From the NCBI GenBank assembly GCA_963702205.1, contig OY969724.1, positions 3,424,001 to 3,488,000 on the forward strand: 64,000 nt of DNA. The letters run 5' to 3'. Of the stretch, positions 1-10,503 are shown piece by piece (position 1 is the first letter of the stretch; each line of letters begins with the position of its first letter). A program made the translations under genes and the position numbers. This DNA is from an uncultured candidate division Zixibacteria bacterium (lineage in GTDB: Bacteria > Zixibacteria > MSB-5A5 > GN15 > PGXB01). The notes under the pieces were generated by a model. It made no database searches and had not been told where the DNA came from. It saw nothing but the letters and a program-made list of their open reading frames with translations.

Positions 1-132
1 AACGGGCACCGCCATGAGGGCCAATGCCATGATTGCAGCAACACCGACATATATTCTGAAAAGAAATATTTTCGACCTGTCCGGTCGTCCACCGGACAAT
101 ATTCGCCCCGATCCCTGTATTGCCTGTTTCAT
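1..132 (-). CDS. 5' part of a probable membrane/secreted protein running off the window (MKQAIQGSGRILSGGRPDRSKIFLFRIYVGVAAIMALALMAVPV...)
   Basis: ATG at 132 with AGGTG upstream; frame open to the window edge; hydrophobic stretch; follows the ArsR gene on the same strand. Confidence 0.55.
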   Translation of the reverse strand, partial: MKQAIQGSGRILSGGRPDRSKIFLFRIYVGVAAIMALALMAVPV

Positions 133-165
133 AATCGGCTGCACCTGCTTATTATATAAACTATG

Positions 166-561
166 TTATTGTCTTTGTTTTTTCTTGTGTTTCGTCTTGC
201 TCATTCTATCCAGCTTGTGAACCATCTCATTGCGCTTTGTAATCCCGTCAACCAGTATGGATCGAATCATCGAACAGACTTCGGGAAGACGCGGGTCGGT
301 CAGGCTGTAAAATACGGTTTGGCCTTCCTTTCTGGTCTGGACGATATGGTTGTCGCGCAAAATCCGCAGATGCTGGCTGGCGTTAGCGACCGAAATATCG
401 AGCCCGGAAACCAGCTCCCCGACGCTCCGTTCACCGTCTTTCAGAAGCGCCACTATCATAAGCCTTGTCCTGTGCGCGATAGCCTTGCACAGGTCGGCAT
501 GAATATCGTATATGCCGGAATCATCTATTTGCATACTTGCACCATTTCGCAACTTCGACAA
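166..561 (-). CDS. ArsR/SmtB-family transcriptional regulator (start may be ATG at 534)
   Basis: KAIAHRTRLMIV...GERSVGELV...SQHLRILR...RKEGQTVFYSL winged-HTH pattern. Confidence 0.9.
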   Translation of the reverse strand: MSKLRNGASMQIDDSGIYDIHADLCKAIAHRTRLMIVALLKDGERSVGELVSGLDISVANASQHLRILRDNHIVQTRKEGQTVFYSLTDPRLPEVCSMIRSILVDGITKRNEMVHKLDRMSKTKHKKKQRQ

Positions 562-667
562 TAATATGTACTATATTTATCGACAGGTCAAGTGAAATAT
601 TTCACAATCAATAACAAAATAGATATTTTTATCAAATTTGTCGTGAAATGTCAGGAAAAATAAATAA

Positions 668-2140
668 CTATAATTCCATGTACTTACCGTCCAAGTCGGC
701 CCGGTTAAGCAAATAGGTCTTCAATTCTTCCAGATAATTTACTTTGGTTTCGAGATAGGCTTTTTTGGCGTCGAGAAATTCAATCTGCGATATGCGCCCG
801 TCGTCAAACCGGGTTTGGGCGATATCAAGACGGTTGCGGGCGAGGTCGATCTGCTTTTTCATGATGTCCAGACGGCGATAACTGACGTCGAGGGTATTGA
901 TCAAATTCACTATTTCGGCTTTGGCGTCCTGGCGGGTCCGCTCGAATTCCAGTTTGGCCTGCTCGGCCTGAAGATTGGCCGCTTGGACCGCCGCCCCCGA
1001 GGACCCTCCGTCCCAGAGCGGCAACGAAAAATTGAGAGCCACTCCCCACCCTTTGGTATCGATATTCTCGTGGCCGAAATCGGTTTTTATGTAGCCGTTA
1101 CCGCTCGAATAATTGGCGGTCAGATCACCGGTCAAACCATGCCCGGCGGCGCGATAATCGGCCTCTCTCTGAGCCTTTTTATACTGAAGCTCGGCTTTTC
1201 TGGCGGGCAAAGATTTTTCCCAACTATTCAGAAGCAACGACTTTCTCGCATCATCAATATGGCCTTCGACGACCGGCTCCGTCATTTCCTGTTCGGGGGC
1301 GACGTCCTTATCGAGCAAAATGGCCAGTTGACGTTTTATTTCTTCCATCTGGGTTTCAATCTCGAATTTGTCCAGTTCGGCATCGAGGCTGGTCGAAACC
1401 GCCCCCAGATAGTCCTCTTCGGATAATATCTCATCTTCCATTTTGAGCGAATCGATATTCGTTTGCAGGCGGGCCGACTCATAACCCGCTTCCGACATAT
1501 CTTTTTTCACCGATAGTTGAAGAACTCCGAGGTACGCTTCTATGATTTCTTTTTTCAGGGCCGTTTCGTCTTCGATCCTGGTCAGTTTCGCAATCTCAAA
1601 ATCATCCTTCGTGTTGTTCAGTTCATGCTTGGCATCCGATGGCTTCAACAGCGGCTGGGTATAGCTGAATGTGAAAAAGCCCTGCCGCGTTCGCTCATTG
1701 ATGAAAGAACCGTCGTCCAGCTGCGTGTTGGGGTAGCGATCCTTCTGAGCCAGGAGATTGGCGGTAACCCGGACGTCGCCCCCCGTCAGCAGGCTCTGGT
1801 TCAGTTCGATAAAGGAATTAAATCCGAGATCACTCGTTTCAAACAGCTTCTTGACGTTCGAGCCGCCGAAAAAACGGTACGATTCATCGACCGAATAAGA
1901 AGGGACCGAGCCCTTGATCGATATTTCCGGAAGATAGAAATTGATCCGCCTCGCAAAATAGTTTTGTTCGGCTACGTCAAGATTGCCGTTGATCATACCG
2001 CCCCGCGATGTATGGTTCAAACCGATGTCTATCGCTTCGTCGAGCGTCAGCGCCGACGCCCCCGAGAACATCATAAGTACAAGAGCCAATGCTATGGCGG
2101 TTGCACCCGGAAAACGCGATTTATCGATTAAATTCTTCAT
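668..2140 (-). CDS. TolC-family outer membrane efflux protein
   Basis: Signal peptide, LTLDEAIDIGL start, coiled-coil helices, LNFSLPLWDGG strand; operon with adaptor and permease; GAGGTG precedes ATG 2140. Confidence 0.85.
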   Translation of the reverse strand: MKNLIDKSRFPGATAIALALVLMMFSGASALTLDEAIDIGLNHTSRGGMINGNLDVAEQNYFARRINFYLPEISIKGSVPSYSVDESYRFFGGSNVKKLFETSDLGFNSFIELNQSLLTGGDVRVTANLLAQKDRYPNTQLDDGSFINERTRQGFFTFSYTQPLLKPSDAKHELNNTKDDFEIAKLTRIEDETALKKEIIEAYLGVLQLSVKKDMSEAGYESARLQTNIDSLKMEDEILSEEDYLGAVSTSLDAELDKFEIETQMEEIKRQLAILLDKDVAPEQEMTEPVVEGHIDDARKSLLLNSWEKSLPARKAELQYKKAQREADYRAAGHGLTGDLTANYSSGNGYIKTDFGHENIDTKGWGVALNFSLPLWDGGSSGAAVQAANLQAEQAKLEFERTRQDAKAEIVNLINTLDVSYRRLDIMKKQIDLARNRLDIAQTRFDDGRISQIEFLDAKKAYLETKVNYLEELKTYLLNRADLDGKYMEL

Positions 2141-2166
2141 GATCACCTCTATAAAACAGTACTCTT

Positions 2167-3471
2167 TTATTCATAGCGCAGCGATTCGATGACATCGAGC
2201 TGGGCAGCCTTACGCGCCGGGAGCATCCCGAATATGACTCCGACCGCGGTCGAAACGGTTACGGCCAGGACTATCGATGTAATCGACACGATTGTCGGCC
2301 AGCCCGCGTAAAAGGTAATCCCCTTCGAAATCACGAGGCCCAGTAAAATGCCGATAGTGCAGCCGATCATGCATATGGTCACGGCTTCGATCAGAAACTG
2401 CCGCATTATATCCAGCCGTTTGGCTCCGACCGCCCGACGAACCCCGATTTCGCGGGTTCTCTCCAGGACCGACGCGAGCATGATGTTCATGATACCGATA
2501 CCGCCGACCAACAGCGACAGCCCGGCGATAGCCCCCATGACTATATTAAAAATCTGCTGGGTTTTCTGTGACTGCCGCAAAAGCGACTCCGGGACGACGA
2601 TATCGTAATCGTCGACGTTGTTGTGCCGACGCTGCATGATTCGCTCGACCAGCTTGGAGACAGCCGGGACATAATCAAGTTCTGAGACGGTTATCGTCAA
2701 CTGGTCCAGTTCCGGCGTATTGTACTCCTTTTCGCTCCCCGAAAATGACCCGCCGATAATGATCACGGTCCCGCCGAAACTCTGTTGAGCTTCCCGGGGC
2801 AATTTTTTTTGAGCGGTCGTCAACGGGATGTAAACGTCTTCGTTGAGATTTTTCAACTGCAGACCTTCGACCTTTCCCCGGCCGATGTACTTATCGGTCA
2901 TGACGCCGACGACGGTAAAATCGAGGTCGCCGATACGGATGCTTTTCCCGATCGGATTATCGAAGGCGAAAAGTCCGCGCTTAGCCTTGGCTCCGAGGAC
3001 GCACACCTGTGAAAAATCTTTCATGTCCCGGTCGTTTATAAAACGCCCATAGTCCACGTCGACCGATGACGACTGCATGAAATTGGGCGTCGTCGCCACC
3101 ACCCGTACCGGGGCTTCCTGGGTAAAATAGGATACGACCGCAATCGGTTCGTAACGTTGCGGCACGACGTTGGAAATCAGTTCTTTGAAATGGGCGATAT
3201 TGTCCGCATCGGCCATACTCAAACCCGACGAGCGCTGCAGGGAGATATTGGAATTTTCGTTGGTTACCGGGGTTTTGGCGTTGACGATTATATTATTGAT
3301 ACCGAGAATTGAAATCTGTTCGAGCGCTTCCTGCTTGGCGCCTTCACCTATGGAAAGCATCGACACCACCGCCGCCACGCCGATAATGACGCCCAGCATG
3401 GTTAAAAAAGTACGGAGCTTATGAGCGCTCAGAGCTTCGAAAGAGACCCGGAATAAAAACGATTCGTTCAT
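2167..3471 (-). CDS. MacB/FtsX-family ABC transporter permease (no NBD)
   Basis: LRTFLTMLGVIIGVAAVVSMLSIGEGAK and LVGGIGIMNIMLASVLERTREIGVRRAVGA motifs; ends ESLRYE. Confidence 0.92.
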   Translation of the reverse strand: MNESFLFRVSFEALSAHKLRTFLTMLGVIIGVAAVVSMLSIGEGAKQEALEQISILGINNIIVNAKTPVTNENSNISLQRSSGLSMADADNIAHFKELISNVVPQRYEPIAVVSYFTQEAPVRVVATTPNFMQSSSVDVDYGRFINDRDMKDFSQVCVLGAKAKRGLFAFDNPIGKSIRIGDLDFTVVGVMTDKYIGRGKVEGLQLKNLNEDVYIPLTTAQKKLPREAQQSFGGTVIIIGGSFSGSEKEYNTPELDQLTITVSELDYVPAVSKLVERIMQRRHNNVDDYDIVVPESLLRQSQKTQQIFNIVMGAIAGLSLLVGGIGIMNIMLASVLERTREIGVRRAVGAKRLDIMRQFLIEAVTICMIGCTIGILLGLVISKGITFYAGWPTIVSITSIVLAVTVSTAVGVIFGMLPARKAAQLDVIESLRYE

Positions 3472-4722
3472 CTACCGACGGCCTCTCCGGGGAGAACCGT
3501 TGGATGGAGGCAATTGCCTTCCCTTATTCAGCTCCGGCTCCGAGGCCTTTTCACCGGGCATCCCGGTTTCGTCCAGAGTCGGATCGACCAGACAGACTTT
3601 TTCGCCGCCTTTCAGTCCGGACAATATTTGAATGGACATATCATTGCGCTGACCGACCTCCACCGGCACCATCTTCTCGTTGTCCAGATAAACAACCGCC
3701 TTGCCGTCTTTCTCGAAGACCGATTCGAGCGGCGTGTAGACGACGTCGGGCAGCTTGTTTATTATGATCTTGCACGAGGCCGACATGCCGGGCTTGACAC
3801 TTTCATCGTGATCGTTGATCGCCACGGTAACGTCGAAGACGTTTATCTTGGAGCCCGATTCCTTGCGCCGGGCCAGCGTACTCTTGCTGGTCACCGCCCC
3901 GTGATATTCCTTGTCCGGCTGGGCGTCGAGCGTCACGATGACCGTCTGCCCCGAATCGACGACGCTGGCATCCACCTCGGATACCGTCGCATCCACGACC
4001 ATTTCGGACAAATCCGGAATCTTAATCAATCCTTGTCCGGGCCAGGGCGAATCGCCTTCCTGGACCTTGTCCATCGAGCTGCCTTTCCAGATTTCCAGAT
4101 AAACTACCATACCCGGAAGCGGGGTTTTGATTATGGTCTGCTCGTATTCTTTCTTGGCCTGCTCGACTTTATCTTCGGCGCGCTGCACTTCCAGTTCCGA
4201 CTTGGAGACGTCCGCCTTGTACTGATCCATTTTGGCCTTGATATTCAACTCGGCCAGTTCCAGTTCGATGCGGGCCTCTTCGGCGATTTTGGTTGCCTCA
4301 TATTTTTTTTCATCATAGTTGCGCTGCGCTTTTTTAAGATCCAGATCGAGCTGTTTGCCCTGAATCTCATACTCTTTCTTGGCGCGCTCCAGCGTCTGCC
4401 GGGCAATCTTGAGCGAAGACTCGTTTTCGGCGATATCGGCCAGCTGCTCGGTGGCGTCGAACTTGACGACCGTGTCTCCTTTGGCAACCATCGACCCTTC
4501 GGGTGCCAGCCATGTAATCTGAAGACCCCTCATGCGCGGAGCAGTGATGGTATAAGCGCGCTTGGCGTCGACACTGCCATTGGCAACCAAAGGAATGACA
4601 AACTCCCCTTTTTTGACGATGGCCGTGGGAATCTCCTGTGAGACCGAGAAAAAGGCGTTCACCCCGAAATACCCGCCAAAAATGACAATGACAATTATAC
4701 CGATAGCTATGTACTTTTTCAT
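3472..4722 (-). CDS. MacA/HlyD-like periplasmic adaptor (membrane fusion protein)
   Basis: N-terminal anchor, lipoyl halves (EGSMVAKGD), alpha-hairpin, VKPGMSA motif. Confidence 0.9.
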   Translation of the reverse strand: MKKYIAIGIIVIVIFGGYFGVNAFFSVSQEIPTAIVKKGEFVIPLVANGSVDAKRAYTITAPRMRGLQITWLAPEGSMVAKGDTVVKFDATEQLADIAENESSLKIARQTLERAKKEYEIQGKQLDLDLKKAQRNYDEKKYEATKIAEEARIELELAELNIKAKMDQYKADVSKSELEVQRAEDKVEQAKKEYEQTIIKTPLPGMVVYLEIWKGSSMDKVQEGDSPWPGQGLIKIPDLSEMVVDATVSEVDASVVDSGQTVIVTLDAQPDKEYHGAVTSKSTLARRKESGSKINVFDVTVAINDHDESVKPGMSASCKIIINKLPDVVYTPLESVFEKDGKAVVYLDNEKMVPVEVGQRNDMSIQILSGLKGGEKVCLVDPTLDETGMPGEKASEPELNKGRQLPPSNGSPRRGRR

Positions 4723-4853
4723 AATTATATTGCTTTCACTTGTTTAGTCGCAGATTGACATTTCTCCACCCAAATCATAACTGTCTCGAACCCTAATTAT
4801 ATTACTTAATTCCTCGATCTTAGTTGCAATATTTATTGTGCGAAAGCATTTAT

Positions 4854-6200
4854 TCATCCTGAGCCCCTCGATTCGCTTTTTGACGTTACCCCGAATCTTG
4901 CTGCCGCCATAATTATTGTATCGTAGAAGAAAATAAGCCCTGTCCCCACCAGAATCGATTCGGTCGCCAGGGCGGGATAAAATATCCTCGATCCCTGTCC
5001 AAAAGTCACTCCAGATAAAAAAGCGAAATACAATACATTCAACAACAGTATTGCGGCTATCCTTCTATTTTTCCGCCATAAGACCGCAAAGCCGATCAAA
5101 GCCAGGACGATGTAAGCCGGCTCATCATAGCCCCTGTGGATATACTCATCGAAGTCATCGAAGGCCTTTTTCCACGAGGGAATCAGAATATTCTGTAAAC
5201 TCGAAACCGCCGTAACATTGTACAGCACAACCCTGAAATACTGCTTAATGAACAATGCCGGAAATCGTTTAAACGTCGCGAAGATATAGTCAACGCTCTC
5301 CTGTCCATTTTCCCGGTACCGGTTATTTTCGAAATCGTGCAGGGCGGCTCGAAAAACCGAATCCCGGATTACGACCGTACGCTCCGGCTTTTGACGTTCA
5401 CCCTCGACAAGTACTTTGGACGTGAGGTAGGTCTTGGCCGCCAAAAGTCCGGTCGCCGAAATCGTGAAAGTACCATGCTTTTCGTAATTTCGTAAACCCC
5501 ACGACGCTGAAATGGCAATGATTATGGCAGCGAAGACGATTGCGTTGAGAATTGTTCTCTTTTTTTCCGCAAGTCCCTTAAATCCGGTAAGGACAAATGC
5601 GAAGACAATCAATAGCATTGGATATAACATGAACACCGACCTGGTCAAAACCGTCAGCCCGCCGACAACACCCGCCAAAATCACAGGCCGCCAGCGTCTA
5701 TCGGGAAGATATTTAAAAAACAGGTACAGAGTCAGTACCATAAGAAAGAAGAACAGCGTCTCCGAAGCGATCGCATTGGCGAGGGTAATCGAGGTCATCG
5801 ATATCGCCAATAATGACCCCGCCATAAAAGCGATGCACTTATTATCCAAAAGAATCTTCGTAAGTCGAAATATCAGGACACATGAGACGGCACTGAGAAC
5901 TATCTGCAACAGGATTATCGGCCAATATATCGGTCCTATGATTAATTTTGAAAGTCCGAGCAAAAACGGATAGCCCGGCCCGACCAGATACAAATCAATT
6001 TTGCCTTCGGCGTCCCCACCGAACAAATAGTCACCGGCCCGGATGTACTTAATCGGATCTGGGTACTTGTCGGTAAGATGATCGCCGCCGAGATCGCCGA
6101 TCATGGCCATCATAAAAACCAGGCGCAAGGCCAGCGCCACGACGAAGATCGTAATCTCCATGCGGCTGAAATTGAATTTCTTTTCGGTTCGGCGTTTCAT
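4854..6200 (-). CDS. GT-C-type (ArnT/PMT-like) membrane glycosyltransferase
   Basis: Multi-TM; ALALRL...D..Y...GPGYPFLL, SETLF, LTR, WGLRNY pattern. Confidence 0.7.
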   Translation of the reverse strand: MKRRTEKKFNFSRMEITIFVVALALRLVFMMAMIGDLGGDHLTDKYPDPIKYIRAGDYLFGGDAEGKIDLYLVGPGYPFLLGLSKLIIGPIYWPIILLQIVLSAVSCVLIFRLTKILLDNKCIAFMAGSLLAISMTSITLANAIASETLFFFLMVLTLYLFFKYLPDRRWRPVILAGVVGGLTVLTRSVFMLYPMLLIVFAFVLTGFKGLAEKKRTILNAIVFAAIIIAISASWGLRNYEKHGTFTISATGLLAAKTYLTSKVLVEGERQKPERTVVIRDSVFRAALHDFENNRYRENGQESVDYIFATFKRFPALFIKQYFRVVLYNVTAVSSLQNILIPSWKKAFDDFDEYIHRGYDEPAYIVLALIGFAVLWRKNRRIAAILLLNVLYFAFLSGVTFGQGSRIFYPALATESILVGTGLIFFYDTIIMAAARFGVTSKSESRGSG

Positions 6201-6743
6201 CGTCGTTTACTTTCTTGCTCAAAGGCGCCATCGAAGATATGCGGCAGGGCTTCCCGGCGAACCAAAGTCACCAGCGTGATTGCCACAATCATAAAAAAAA
6301 GAAACATGTATTCTTTGGAACCCGTTTCTACCGAACCGAGGTAGGCCGCCAGTGTCCGTTTCGGGACAGTCCCGCTGCCCTCCGCTACCGCCAGCGTATC
6401 GACGACGGTAATCTTGCTGAGAAATTCCGACGACAACCAGGTCCGGCCCGGATGGCCGACTATCTCCCACTCAGTACCGGAAACCTGGTACTGCCCGGCA
6501 ATATACATTCCATTGTCTTTAAACCTCTCCTTCACGACCCGCAAAAACGCCGAAGGGTCCGCCTCCGTACGATGGAATATGTACTGCGAATTAACCCGAT
6601 AATCGAGATTCTTTATTTTATTATAGTCGATATCTTTCCAGACGAAACCCAGAACAGGTACTAAATGACAATACCGCGGCCATAATAATTACGACCGTCC
6701 TCGGCTTACACCTGAATGCTTTTTTATTCGGATTCGATATCAT
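6197..6743 (-). pseudogene. Small membrane protein gene split by an apparent +1 frameshift at about 6663-6665
   Basis: ATG 6743 with AGGTGG upstream reads MISNPNKKAFRCKPRTVVIIMAAVLS then stops soon after; removing one base joins it to LVPVLGFVWKDIDYNK..., open to 6197. Confidence 0.55.
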
Positions 6744-6756
6744 CTTCACAGCCCAC

Positions 6757-8625
6757 CTAATGACTGAAATCGAGCAGCCACGGTTGCCGGCTCTCTATTT
6801 CCCGCGTCAAACGATTGACCGTCACCGTGTCCCCCACTCTATTCGCCAGCTGCCCCAGCCGCCAGCGCGACCGGCAGTCGTCGGGGTCATCCGCAAGCGC
6901 CTGCTCAAAATAATCCTTTGCTAAATTGGCACGGCCGAGACGGTACAGGCATTCCGCCTTGTAATAATTTAAAAATCTGCTTTCATCCGAAGGCAGTGCC
7001 GCAGAGGCATCCAGAATCAAATTTAGTGCCCGCTCATTGTCACCATGAGAAATACTGGTAAGTGCATCATAAAATAGGTTTACAAATCTGGCGTCGGGCA
7101 ATATCTCGTCATCCGTGAAATTAGTGTTATTTCTCTTTAAATAATAATAACTCCATCTTGTACCATTGTCGCGATGAAACCCGGTAACCATGTAATTTTC
7201 GCGAAATGCCGAATGCATAAAGAGCGCCTTCTCTGCTGGCGCTGACGGTTTCATATTAGTCGAGAACATGACTATGTCCGGCTGCTGTTCCAAAATATAG
7301 CTCGAATTGTATCTCCTCTCTTTCCAGGTAGATTCCAGGTCGGAGATATGTTCCGGATGCCGCGCGATGTACTTATCGGTCAGGCCCAGCATATCTATTA
7401 AACGATGGTCCCGCAAATCGTACCCCAGCACACCGATAGTACTGGCCGCGATCGTAAACGAAGGACCCATGTACTGTTTCATCATGCCGGCGGCGAAATG
7501 CATTTTTGACGTAAATGCGCGTTCATTGGCCAGAAACGTATTGACATGCTTTCGGGCCAAAAGGTGGGATGTCACCGCGAATATGATTATCAAAGGAGCC
7601 GCTATTATCCACTTATGTTTCAGCCCCGCATTGAATTGCCGCAGCCCTTTCTCAATTAAGACCGGCACCGAAACAACGAACAGAAAAAACAATACGGGTA
7701 TGACCGGGACGAAAAAGCGATACACTTTAAGAACGTCCCCGCCGATGAATATTATATAGGCCGTGTAAATTACAACGAACAAGTACAACAGCCGGTATTT
7801 GTGCCATAAAGCCGGGGCTGCCAGAGCGACCGGCACCAGAATAAATCCGTACACCCCGACCGTCTTGAAGAAATGCAGAGTATACTCCCAGCCCGATGCA
7901 ACATAACTCAGCCCCAGTCCACTTTTGGCATAAAATGTATTGGGCAATAACGAATCATAGTAGAACAGCTTGAAAGCCGCAAACGGCAGCAACAGCAGTA
8001 CATAAGTCACAACCAGCTCAATCGCGGCCCGTCGCACCGAAATGAGACGATGAATTAGAACAATTGCAAAGACGACTGCCCCGTCGGGACGAAGCAAGGT
8101 CGCCGCTGCAAGAAAAGCTACCGTCAATCGCGGTCTGTACAACTCCGATGCCAGCGCCGCCAGAATCATGAAGGCGTAGGCCGACGTTTCCAGCCCGGAG
8201 ATCGACCAGTACGGTATTGCCGCGCAGGATAACAACATTATAAGTGAGTATACCACCGGCAAAACCGGTTTTTCACGATTATTCCTAGACATTAGAAATG
8301 TCATAAGTATAAACAGTCCTGCCCCGAAAGCTGTACCAAAGATTTGTGCACTCAGGACATAATCAAATCCGAGAAATTTCTTTAAAAGAATAAGCCCCAT
8401 CACCCAGAGGAAATTGGTATACCCCTCGACCCGTTCGCCTTGATTATAAACGAGCCCCTGGCCGTCGATATAGTTGGCGGCGTATCGAAATGAAATATAG
8501 GCGTCGTCCTGAACGAAGCTGTAATGATCGCATAAGGCTATGAAGATGCCGATGGCAGCAATGACAATTGCCGCGAGGATATAAATACGAAATCCGCCCG
8601 GAATTTTGACCGAAGAAATGCGCAT
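6757..8625 (-). CDS. GT-C-like multi-pass membrane protein with C-terminal TPR
   Basis: DDAYISFRYA..GERVEGYTNFLW, SGLET, RPDG, PNTFYAK, DMLGLTD motifs; TPR-like C-terminus. Confidence 0.7.
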   Translation of the reverse strand: MRISSVKIPGGFRIYILAAIVIAAIGIFIALCDHYSFVQDDAYISFRYAANYIDGQGLVYNQGERVEGYTNFLWVMGLILLKKFLGFDYVLSAQIFGTAFGAGLFILMTFLMSRNNREKPVLPVVYSLIMLLSCAAIPYWSISGLETSAYAFMILAALASELYRPRLTVAFLAAATLLRPDGAVVFAIVLIHRLISVRRAAIELVVTYVLLLLPFAAFKLFYYDSLLPNTFYAKSGLGLSYVASGWEYTLHFFKTVGVYGFILVPVALAAPALWHKYRLLYLFVVIYTAYIIFIGGDVLKVYRFFVPVIPVLFFLFVVSVPVLIEKGLRQFNAGLKHKWIIAAPLIIIFAVTSHLLARKHVNTFLANERAFTSKMHFAAGMMKQYMGPSFTIAASTIGVLGYDLRDHRLIDMLGLTDKYIARHPEHISDLESTWKERRYNSSYILEQQPDIVMFSTNMKPSAPAEKALFMHSAFRENYMVTGFHRDNGTRWSYYYLKRNNTNFTDDEILPDARFVNLFYDALTSISHGDNERALNLILDASAALPSDESRFLNYYKAECLYRLGRANLAKDYFEQALADDPDDCRSRWRLGQLANRVGDTVTVNRLTREIESRQPWLLDFSH

Positions 8626-8677
8626 GGTCCTGCAATTTAATACACAACCCGCCCGCCCTCAAGGGCAAATAGCAAAA

Positions 8678-10354
8678 TCAATCGGAATTTATAAACCAAT
8701 CATGGGCCAGCTTTTCGGTCGCCTTAATAATGTGCTTGTTATATTCCAGCAAGGCTTTGCGCTTGATCAGCCCATTGACGGCTTTATGCAGCAGGACCAT
8801 TTTATCGCGAACCGGTATGATGGCCGGGTAATATTCGTTGTTGAAAAATATCCGAAAACGCTGCCGGAGATGATGATCATCCAGCATTCTCCCGATGGCC
8901 TTTTCCAAAGCGGCGCCGGTCTTGTCCCGGAGCTCTTCTTTGGGAGAAGACATCAGCCCGATCGATTTTTTCAGGTCCTGATTCGCCTTTAAAGCCAGTT
9001 TCCAGCATTCCACCAGACCGAGGGAATTGATCACCAGCACGTTGACGGTAACCTTATTGTTCTCGAAATCGCCCTCGACGCCTTTGGCAAACGGGATGAA
9101 ATAATTGTCCGTAATCGCACCGAATGCGCTGATTCCCCCGGCGAACGGTTCTTCGACAATATCGGACATGGTAAAGTACGGTTTCCTTTCGAATCGGGCG
9201 TCCTGGATCATGATAAATTCTTCTTCGGTGAAATGAAATCGCTCCTTCCACTTGTCTTCAGGGGTAAGATTTTTATTGGTCAGGCTCGACTGGCTGGTCA
9301 ACATTCCTATCGCCTGCCCGCCGCGCCACACGAGCGGCAAAACCCCGATAGCCCATTCGGCCGAGCCGCCGATTTCACCGATCATCGAATTCAATCCCCG
9401 ACCGTCGGGGAATACGACCCCCTCAAGGCCGCACAATACGACCGGCAACAAGTCACCATCCTGATCGAAAGGAGTAGAAATACCGGCAGAATTGAGACTG
9501 TCCATAGCCGGATAGTGACGGTGACGGTCGAGGAAAAACGCACTCAGTTTGGTTGGGTCGTTAACGCCATATGATCTCGCAATAATATCCGCCGCTTCCA
9601 GAAGATCGACTTCACGCGGGTTGAAATCGTTGAAATATGCCCCGCCCGCCCAGCGCTGAACGTAAATGTCGGGCAAATGCCGTTTGACACCCGATTCGGT
9701 CACGAACAAGGCCGTCATCGACGAATGTATCCCCTTGACCGATTTGGTCGTACCTTCCACGACGTCGCTGCCCATCGAAAGCAGCGTGACATTGGCCGGC
9801 ATGGTCAAACCGTATTGCGACTGGTGGTGTTCCTTGCCGAAAACGGCGCCGACCGCGATAGTCGGGTTACCGCCCGGCTCTTTGCCCGGCTTCGGGCGGG
9901 CTCCTTCGGTTATGGCCGATTCGATCAGGACTTCTTCACCTATAGGCAGCTTATCCGTGGTGGACTGAAGGACTTCCGCCATCACCTGGGCCGCCGTCCG
10001 GTCATTGGCCCGCTTCAATTGGTTGATGACTTCATTGGTCTGTTTGACTTTGGGAATATCATTCAGACTGCCGCGTCCGTGCAGTCCTACGGCTATGGCG
10101 GACAGCCCCGCCGACAAAAGAACCGACTGCCGCAACTTGCGGTTTCTCAAAGCCCCCAGATTCGACTTTTTGTTAATCTCTCCGCTGAGGGTGATGATGG
10201 TGCACGATTCAAGGACCAGATCGTAATTGGTCAAGGCGTCGTGATGGCGATGATTGAATTCGATCACACGGTCATCATCGAATACGAATTCTTCACAACA
10301 ACCGGTATATGATAACCGCCGGTCGGCTATATTGAAACGAAGATCATTGTGCAT
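8678..10354 (-). CDS. glpX: Divergent, extended class II fructose-1,6-bisphosphatase (GlpX-like)
   Basis: AND..AAQVM, ITEG, SDVVEGT (cf. DPLEGT), PDIYV, LDRHRH, DGDL, EIGGSAE, AFGAITD in GlpX motif order. Confidence 0.65.
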   Translation of the reverse strand: MHNDLRFNIADRRLSYTGCCEEFVFDDDRVIEFNHRHHDALTNYDLVLESCTIITLSGEINKKSNLGALRNRKLRQSVLLSAGLSAIAVGLHGRGSLNDIPKVKQTNEVINQLKRANDRTAAQVMAEVLQSTTDKLPIGEEVLIESAITEGARPKPGKEPGGNPTIAVGAVFGKEHHQSQYGLTMPANVTLLSMGSDVVEGTTKSVKGIHSSMTALFVTESGVKRHLPDIYVQRWAGGAYFNDFNPREVDLLEAADIIARSYGVNDPTKLSAFFLDRHRHYPAMDSLNSAGISTPFDQDGDLLPVVLCGLEGVVFPDGRGLNSMIGEIGGSAEWAIGVLPLVWRGGQAIGMLTSQSSLTNKNLTPEDKWKERFHFTEEEFIMIQDARFERKPYFTMSDIVEEPFAGGISAFGAITDNYFIPFAKGVEGDFENNKVTVNVLVINSLGLVECWKLALKANQDLKKSIGLMSSPKEELRDKTGAALEKAIGRMLDDHHLRQRFRIFFNNEYYPAIIPVRDKMVLLHKAVNGLIKRKALLEYNKHIIKATEKLAHDWFINSD

Positions 10355-10503
10355 AGAGAACCTAAAATATGTTTAAATACTCGTTATTCTCAAGATTGAT
10401 TTCAGCATACATTTTTCATAGTAAACATATCATAAAATCCTTTAAAAAGCAAAAAGTTCGGACAAAAATAAGATTGAAAATCGGAGGAATCTTTTATAAG
10501 CGG

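Noticed and set aside
3514..4641. 375-aa plus-strand ORF and similar long antisense ORFs (e.g. 13655-14485, 54423-55121)
   Set aside because: Mirror frames of well-supported genes, expected with GC-rich third positions
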